From contig OX597818.1 of the NCBI GenBank assembly GCA_951406725.2, forward strand, positions 20,646,001-20,710,000: a DNA stretch of 64,000 bases, given 5' to 3'. Source of the DNA: Octopus vulgaris. Taxonomy: Eukaryota. Shown here piece after piece: positions 55,351 through 64,000 of this stretch. Both the position numbers and the translations under genes were made by a program. Below the pieces are notes generated by a model. It worked only from the letters and a program-made list of their open reading frames with translations, was not told the origin of the DNA and did not search any database. Position 1 is the first letter of the stretch. Every line of letters begins with the position of its first letter.

Positions 55351-55409
55351 TTATTTTATTCAGGGGGGAAATTCAATACTCATAACGCTTCACTGATCCT
55401 CTGAGGCGA

Positions 55410-55782
55410 GTAGGTGGTTGGGATCCCATCGACCCCATTATTAGACAGGTGCTTTATTTTATCGACCTCCAAAGGATGATGAAAGACAACATCGACTTCA
55501 GCGAGATTTGAAAGCAGAATATGGGTCATTCTTTCCTGACGTTCCAACTATTCTTGTTAATCCAGAACCGTGAGAAAGAGAATTTTGGCACAAATTCAGC
55601 AATTTTAGGGAAGAGGTAAGTCGAGTACATCGACCCCAGTGTTCGACCAGTACTTATCTTTTCAGCCCCGAAGGGATGGAAGGTAAGGTCGACCATGGCG
55701 AAATTTGAACTCAGAACGTAAACATGGGCAAAATGGCGCTAAGCATTTTGCCCGAGAGCTAACGATTCTACCAGCTTGCCGT
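55410..55782 (-). mobile_element. Two family A SINE copies
   Basis: Reverse-strand family A bodies at about 55410-55555 and 55580-55782. Confidence 0.7.
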
Positions 55783-55852
55783 CTTCATGATGATGATGAT
55801 GATGATAATAATAATAATAATAGTAATAGTAATAATAATAGTAATAATAATA

Positions 55853-55926
<74 letters not shown>

Positions 55927-55928
<2 letters not shown>

Positions 55929-56592
55929 AAAATACACAATATATTAGAACGTGAGAAGTGCAGAATTTGTGGACAAAATGGTAAAATCGTATGGCATATT
56001 ACTAGTCAATGTACGCCACTAGCACAGAAAGAATATAAAAGACGTCACGACAATATAGCGATGATTGTTCATTGGACACTTTTGCAACAAGTATGGACTT
56101 GACAACAAAAAAGTGGTACGAACATGAACCCGAAGGCATCATCGAAAATGTTAATGCAAAGATCGTATGGGATTTTATGATTCAGTGCGACCATGAGATA
56201 GAGAATAAGAAACCAGGCATAGTCTTAATTGAGAAAGCAAATGATGCTGGATCATAGATATAGCATGCCCAGCTGACAACAAAGTATGCAATAAGGAAGA
56301 AAGCAAAGTCGATATATATGACAGGTTAGCGTGGGAGGTTAAGCAGTTGTGGTAGCTGAAAAAGGTGATAGTAGTACCAATAATTGTCGAATCCCTGGGA
56401 ACAGTGAATAAAAATCTTGAGAAGTACATGGAACAAACAGGGACTGCAATAAAGGTGGAGCACTTGCAGAAAACAGCACTGCTTAGAACCGCTCGAATGC
56501 TCCGGATGGTGCTCGAAAAATAAGGAGTGTTACCTTAGTAGTGAGCTGCTGACACCGTAGTACATCTCCAGCGTTAGAAGCTGTACAAAGAC
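55927..56592 (+). mobile_element. 5'-truncated R4/Dong-clade non-LTR retrotransposon inserted in (TAA)n
   Basis: CRICGQNGKIVWHITSQC (CCHC knuckle), YKRRHDNIA, KWYEHEPEG, WDFMIQCDHEIENKKPGIVL, WIIDIACPAD, VVPIIV, LQKTALLRTARMLRMVLEK* (stop 56521-56523) with frameshifts; (TAA)n on both flanks. Confidence 0.9.
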
Positions 56593-56649
<57 letters not shown>

Positions 56650-56651
56650 CA

Positions 56652-56843
56652 TTTCTACTAAGAGCACAAGGTCTGAAAGTTTGGGGGAAGGGACTAGTCG
56701 AATACACTATTACTTAATTTATTGACCCTGACAGGATGAAAAGCAAAGTCGACTTCGGCGGATTTTGAACGCAGAACGTAAAGACGGATGAAATGCCGCA
56801 AAGCATTTTGCCCGGCGTGCCAACGATTCTTCCAGCTCGCCGC
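56652..56843 (-). mobile_element. SINE family A
   Basis: Reverse complement of family A. Confidence 0.8.
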
Positions 56844-56880
56844 TTTACTGACTAATAATAATAATAATAATAACAACAAC

Positions 56881-56933
<53 letters not shown>

Positions 56934-56949
56934 GAAGAAGAAGAAGAAG

Positions 56950-56983
<34 letters not shown>

Positions 56984-56994
56984 TCAACAGCCGC

Positions 56995-57052
<58 letters not shown>

Positions 57053-57603
57053 AAACAACAGCAGAATTTATTAAAAAAAGACAAAACAAATAAGTGAATA
57101 TAAGTCATCATTTGCTGGGTAATTTTTACGTCTTTTATATACGATGTTCTAATAATCTATTTATTGAAGTCAGATGACAATGAGCGACATTTTTCACAGC
57201 CGGATAAAAATAATGGAAATAAATAGCTAAGTTAAATATACGCATCAATATAATTATTCTTTAATATGATTACTCATTACACACGCATAAATACACGCAC
57301 ACACACGCATGTACACGCGAACAGAAAATAATTAAGTACTAAATATTTCAAAGTAAATGTATTATATTCTTTATTAGTTTTTTAATTCTGTTGCGATTCT
57401 CTGGGAACCTGGTCAAAACTGCTATAACATATAAGGAACAGAATTTTTATCATTATTATTATTCTAGAAGGTATTGGTTCAGGAGGAGAGGGGTTATATC
57501 TGACCAGATATAGCTGACCCGGTTCTGATATGCATAGGAGCAGAATGGATAACTAGACGTGACGTCTAATCTCTTTAAACAATGTTACTGCCAACACATT
57601 TAT

Positions 57604-58040
57604 ACGTTTGAAACCTTATTGGAAAATATGATTCGGCGTTCTCCCGCTACATCTGGAAACTGAAAACTAGGAACATTCCATGCTGCATAAAATAGAACAT
57701 ATTAACGAGTGTATATAAATTTCTCTTCCTTGTCCGGGAAGAAGAAGAAGAAGAAGAAGAAGAAGAAGAAGAAGAAGAAGAAGAAGAAGAAGAAGAAGGA
57801 GGAGGAGGAGGAGGAGGAGGAGGAGAAGAAGAAGAAGAAGAAGAAGAAGAAGAAGAAGAAGAAGAAGAAGAAGAAGAAGAAGAAGAAGAAATACAACAAC
57901 AACAACAACAACTAGAGTTTTAGAGACCGGATAGCAATGCGGTTCTCTGACAAATTAGGAAGAGAGAAAGGGGTAGGATATTATATGCATGTATTTAAGG
58001 GTATCCATGCAGGAAGATGGGCGTAGGAGGTGCGATGCTG
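57604..58040. mobile_element. Second Penelope-like fragment with (GAA)n and an inverted downstream segment
   Basis: 57604-57738 is the reverse complement of 54360-54495, whereas 57915-58040 is a same-strand copy of 53800-53920. Confidence 0.65.
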
Positions 58041-58062
58041 TCTATATATATATATATATATA

Positions 58063-58228
58063 GGCGATGGGCTTCTTTCAGTTTCCATCTTCAAAAATTT
58101 CTCTCACAAGATTTTCGTCGGCCCTGGGCTGTTATAGAAGTTACATACCCCAGTTACAGCATTGTGGGATTAGATCCGTCACTACGTTGTTGCGGACCGA
58201 ACTTCTGAGGAACGCAAGCATGCCTACC
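58063..58228 (-). mobile_element. SINE family B head, diverged
   Basis: cgatgggcttctttcagtttccatct... matches the reverse strand of the family B head. Confidence 0.65.
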
Positions 58229-58723
58229 AATATAGAATATGTAATATATATGAATGACTGTGTCTGTAAGTGTGTACATACGCGCACACACACGAACATA
58301 CACATATACTACATATATAAATATACACACACATACACATGCATATATGTATGTGACTATGCGTGAGTGAATGTGAGTGTGCGCGCGCGCGTGTTTAACT
58401 TATTCTCAATATGCTGTGGATGTGCTTGTGCACTTTTTATACTACTTGGTTGATATATCGTCGCTTTTGATTCTGTTTAAATTTTGTAGTTCTGCAATGG
58501 AATCAAACAGACTCTGCATATCAAAAGTCCCAAGTGAACTACATGGATGACATAATATATATATACGTGTGTGTGTGTGCGCGCGTGTGTGTATGTGTAC
58601 GCCTGTGCAACTAAGTGTATGCGGCGCACGCCTGTATACATGATGATGTGTATAGATGATGGGGGCTTATGTGTGTTCTTTTAATCTATATTTTGTGATT
58701 TTTACTCCGTGTTTTGATAACCC

Positions 58724-59340
<617 letters not shown>

Positions 59341-59491
59341 GGCTATCTTTCCGCAATGGTTCACATATTATGGTTGTATTTATGATTAAAGTCAGTCCAC
59401 CAGAAAATACAACTAATTTGAAATACAACCTTCTCAGATACACACACACACACACACACACACATATGATTGTAAATGCAGACCTATATAT

Positions 59492-59580
<89 letters not shown>

Positions 59581-59918
59581 GAATGGATGAAAAGATAGAT
59601 AGATATATAGATAGATATAGATGAATGGATGAAAAGATAGAGCATATGTGTTTGTCTACGAATAATGGAAAGAGAAAAAGAGTTGGTGGGTGATCATGTG
59701 TGCGTTTGCGTGCTCGTCCGTCTGTTCATGTCCGGAGAGGTTTGGCTGACAAGGGGGTTTTGTATATTAAACAATGAATGCGAAGCTGATTGTTCGTAGT
59801 GTGGGAATCAAGGAAAAGCAATGTCTAATCAGATACGATGTTAATATTACAGCAAGCAACAAGTAGCTGTTTACTATGGTTGGCGCCTCTAGTAAAGGCT
59901 TAGGTTATTTTTGTTACA

Positions 59919-59929
59919 GCCGCCATTTT
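59919..59929 (+). promoter_or_regulatory. YY1-like motif GCCGCCATTTT in a unique island
   Basis: Match to the YY1/Pho consensus CCGCCATNTT within non-repetitive sequence 59640-60000; motif only. Confidence 0.25.
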
Positions 59930-60375
59930 TTTTTTTTATTTCGTTGCCATATTTTTTGCTGTGGGTTTAATTATATATTTTAGTGATTTTGTTTCGCTCA
60001 TTTTGCTTTCTTTTTTTTTTTTCGTATTTATATTGATTTATATTTATATACAAAGAGGAAAATGATTATCAAAAACAGACTTCTATAAGTTTTATCTCTC
60101 TCTCTCTCTTTATCTCGTTTCTCTTTTTTTCTCTCGCCTTTTGTGCTTTTTAAAAATTTGTCTAAATCGATAAACACACGTGTATGCGTGTGTGTATGTG
60201 TGTTTGTGTCTATGCTTGTGGTGAATGTGCGTGTGAGTGGGCGCGTGCACCCACGTAAATTTGTCGATATATGTGCGAGTTTAATAAAGAAAACGAGCGT
60301 CCGTATGGATGTAAGGGTGAATGAGTAGGTTTTATATATGTATACCACCAATAGAACAATGAAATGCAAACTCAT

Positions 60376-60425
<50 letters not shown>

Positions 60426-60766
60426 TCACTCATACACACACACAAACACATAAATACACAGACACACGTACACGCAACAAAGAAATAAAGAAAGTGAAAC
60501 TAGGAGCATATCAAAAGTAACCGACAATATTCACAACAGAAATAAGAATAGCGTTTATTACTTTAACAGCACCAGCAACAACAGCAACACCTGCAATTAG
60601 AACAATAACGCCTAAACATTAATATAAATGATTTTGTTTTTTGACCATAAGGGTTTTAATATGTTTGGGGTACGGGACAAAAGCAAAATGTAAGCTAAAG
60701 CATCAAACAAGAAACAATAACTGAGTTACATGCAATAAATATATAAATAACAAGAACAACAGCATC

Positions 60767-60838
<72 letters not shown>

Positions 60839-60919
60839 CACGGCAAGAAAGGCTGCTCAAAACAGAGAGGAGGCTAACTATATAAGGGTAGCAATATTAG
60901 AAGAAATAATGGTTGTAGT

Positions 60920-61189
60920 GGTTATGATGGCGGTGGGGGTAAAGTGGTGGTGGTAGTGGTGGCGACAGCAATGATAATTACGATGATGATGATGGTGAAG
61001 ATGATGATGATGAGGAGGAGGAGGAGGAGGAGATAGTCTAGGTGGAGGAGGAGAAGAATGACGAAAGGGATGTGGTGATGATGATGACGAGGACCACGAC
61101 GATGATGATAATGATGATGACGACGACGATGATGATGGGGATGATGACGATAATGATGGTGGTGATGGTGGTGGTGGTGGTGATGTTGG

Positions 61190-61220
<31 letters not shown>

Positions 61221-61270
61221 GGTGATGTTGGTGATGATGATGATGGTGGTGGTGGTGGTGGTGGTGGTGG

Positions 61271-61319
<49 letters not shown>

Positions 61320-61405
61320 AAAGATGAAGACGACGACGATGATGATGGGGATGATGACGATAATGATGGTGGTGATGGTGGTGGTGATGGTGGTGGTGAT
61401 GTTGG

Positions 61406-61436
<31 letters not shown>

Positions 61437-61474
61437 GATGTTGGTGATGATGATGATGGTGGTGGTGGTGGTGG

Positions 61475-61529
<55 letters not shown>

Positions 61530-61562
61530 AAAGATGAAAACGACGATGATGATGACGATGAT
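60920..61562. repeat. (GAT)n/(GGT)n compound microsatellite with a higher-order unit of about 210 bp
   Basis: Units start near 61107, 61317 and 61526 (gataa..gacgacgacgatgatgatggggatg). Confidence 0.9.
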
Positions 61563-61811
61563 TTCTAAGATTGTCGCCAGACAACTTCATGAAGACGGCA
61601 TCGATAATTATACCGAACCAATCAATGCATGTTTGACTGCTTCTTTCGCTTGCCTGTTTCGCTTTTGCTTCTTCGCTTGTTTATTTGTTTTCCACTTCAG
61701 AAGGACGAAAGGCAAGATTTAACCTAAACGAGATGTTTAAGCTCAAAATGTAAAAGACGTAATCCAATTCTGCTAATAATTTCTGGCCTTCCGATTGCGT
61801 AACCGCTATCA

Positions 61812-61870
<59 letters not shown>

Positions 61871-61894
61871 GCAATAATAAGAATAATATTTTTA

Positions 61895-62092
61895 TTTTTT
61901 ACTTGTTTCAATCATTAGACTGCGGCCATGCTTGGGCACCGCCTTGAAGAATTTTTAATCGAATAAATCGACTCCAGCACTTCATTTTTTTTTTTTAGCC
62001 TGGTACTTACTTTATCGGACTGTTTTGCCGAACCGGTAAGTTACGAGGATATAAACACACCAACCCCGGCTGCCAACCGATGGTAGGGGACA

Positions 62093-62093
<1 letters not shown>
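61895..62093 (-). mobile_element. SINE family B tail
   Basis: Reverse complement of the family B 3' half. Confidence 0.8.
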
Positions 62094-62147
<54 letters not shown>

Positions 62148-62148
<1 letters not shown>

Positions 62149-62522
62149 CTCTGGTGCAGTATGAAGCAGTGGTTCTCATGGCTTCTGATCTTAACTGATT
62201 GGAAGTATTATCAGGTACATTGTTTTGTCTTGGTATAAAAGATGGGCTACAGCAAATATTCTGCTCAATACCACAGATTTGCTTGTCAGTTGCTTGCCCT
62301 TAACCAGTTGAGCATGGCCCTTAGTGGCTGACGATATGCGCATCTTTGATCATGACCAGGAGTAGTGGGGAGCATCATAGCCATGTGTTGAGAGGGATTC
62401 TTTGGATTTTTTAATAATTCACCTCTGGAAACATGCGTGTTTTTTTTAACATCCTTAAACAACCTTTATTCAGGGACCTTTTGAGCGGGATGGGATACTC
62501 GACCTGAAGAAAATGCTAACTA
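62148..62522 (+). mobile_element. (TAA)n-associated interspersed repeat, second copy
   Basis: Homologous to 34820-35140 (opposite strand); starts immediately after (TAA)n. Confidence 0.7.
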
Positions 62523-62876
62523 GGCTAGTTGATTACATTTGATGGTATCAATTAGCTCCTTACCCCATTTCTCAACTTTCGACCTCGAAAGGATAAAGAC
62601 CAAAGTTGACTTTAGTGGAATTTGAAATGAGAATTTTAAACCGCAAGAAACGCCACTAAGCATTTTCTCTGGTGTGGTAACGATTTAGTAATAAGAGCCA
62701 ATTGCTTCGTGCATTGTACTTCAGTCAGTTGTGTAACCAGTCTTACATGTTTGTGTTTGTGTATATGTATGTACGTATATACTTTCTTCTGATCCGTTCC
62801 ATTTCTCCAGCTTGCTCCAACAAATCTATGTGTGTGTGTGTATGTATGTATGCGTTTGTGTGAATTTTCATGTGTG

Positions 62877-62912
<36 letters not shown>

Positions 62913-63083
62913 TGTATTTATGTATGTATGTATGTATGTATGTATTTACGTACTACGTACGTACGTATGTATGTATGTATGTATGTATGTATGTATGTAT
63001 GTATGTATGTATGTATGTATGTATGTATGTATAACGTGCGGTGTGCGGAAACAGAAAACGAAATATAATATATTAAAACTTTG

Positions 63084-63097
63084 GTTACCATGGAAAC
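63084..63097. promoter_or_regulatory. RFX X-box GTTACCATGGAAAC
   Basis: Match to the palindromic RFX consensus GTTNCCATGGNAAC in unique sequence; motif only. Confidence 0.35.
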
Positions 63098-63332
63098 TGC
63101 CGGTGCCATATTATTTATTTGGCGAAAATGGGGTGAAGACAGGTTAGAAATTTAGTACGCAAACTAAATACTATATATCATAATGCTAATCATCCTGACA
63201 CCCATGTACTGTGGCACAAATCTGTGATCTGGTGTGTTTCTTCACCGTTTCTTCTTCTACTTTATAAAACGTACACTTCCATACGCTTTGCTCACATCGA
63301 TGAATCACACCTCAATCAGATTTCCTCTAGGT

Positions 63333-64000
63333 CAATGGTTCTCAACCATTTTTAGCTATGGAACCCTTTAATTCCTATTTTCCTAGGATGGATCTTCCTA
63401 CCCATTCGATGATTTGAAGATCCTATTATATTTTTATAGATAACTACTTTTAGGAATTATAGGAAAATAATTATTAAAATATTCTGTGTAATGTAGGAGT
63501 AGGAGTGGCTGTGTGGTAAGTAGCTTGCTAACCAGCCACATGGTTCCGGGTTCAGTCCTACTGCGTGGCATCTTGGGCAAGTGTCTTCTGCTATAGCCCT
63601 GGGCCGACCAATGCCTTGTGAGTGGATTTGGTAGACGGAAACTGAAAGAAGCCTATCGTATATATGTATATATATATATGTATGTGTGTGTGTTTGTGTG
63701 TCTGTGTTTGTCCCCCTAGCATTGCTTGACAACCGATGCTGGTGTGTTTACGTCCCCATCACTTAGCGGTTCGGCAAAAGAGACCGATAGAATAAGTCCT
63801 GGGCTTACAAAGAATAAGTCCGGGGTCGATTTGCTCGACTAAAGGCGGTGCTCCAGCATGGCCGCAGTCAAATGACTGAAACAAGTAAAAGAGTAAAAGA
63901 GTAAAGAGAGTATGTAGCAGTATAATCAATTTATTGCAGATAAGTTTTAACAGCAAAATCTTACATGGACCGCCCCCCAAGGTCCATTTAGACCCCAGTT
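63333..64000 (+). mobile_element. hAT-type MITE (runs off the window) interrupted by a family B SINE
   Basis: Left TIR caatggttctcaacc after ctctaggt; homologous to 13850-14165 and 23469-23814; window ends at gaccccagtt. Confidence 0.65.
63496..63911 (+). mobile_element. SINE family B, young full-length reference copy
   Basis: tRNA-like head with B box ggttcagtcct, CORE-like gtggcatcttgggcaagtgtc, internal (TA)(TG)n, tail hairpin cagtc-aaat-gactg and (gtaaaaga)n; short TSD atgta(g). Confidence 0.92.

Noticed and set aside
58490-58533. Possible 44-nt coding exon (FCNGIKQTLHIKSP) after ttttgtag
   Set aside because: Weak donor (gtgaac), no recognisable protein and no partner exons

Overview
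AT-rich eukaryotic non-coding DNA, most likely from an octopus (coleoid cephalopod) genome. That assignment is an inference from recognising the tRNA-derived SINE families and the extreme density of (TA)n/(CA)n/(GATA)n/(TATG)n/(TAA)n/(CAC)n microsatellites. I cannot support any intact host protein-coding gene: essentially every ORF in the track is a translated microsatellite or SINE. The window looks like a large intron or gene desert. It contains about 40 copies or fragments of tRNA-derived SINEs (working names A-E), a tRNA-Glu/LINE-tail chimera, and decayed non-LTR retroelements (R4/Dong RLE-type, RTE-type, Penelope-like GIY-YIG). It also holds many cut-and-paste MITEs and deletion derivatives (mariner, Tigger/pogo, hAT, Merlin-like) and Helitron/Helentron-type elements. 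The most interesting signals are: (i) several minimal type-I hammerhead-ribozyme-like folds with recurrent non-canonical cores (CCGANGA and CUGUNGA), mostly in short (TA)n-associated elements; (ii) retroelements that appear to partition different microsatellites as insertion targets; (iii) SINE-into-SINE insertions and closely spaced inverted SINE pairs that could be ADAR substrates. Coordinates of decayed repeats are approximate (about 10-20 bp).
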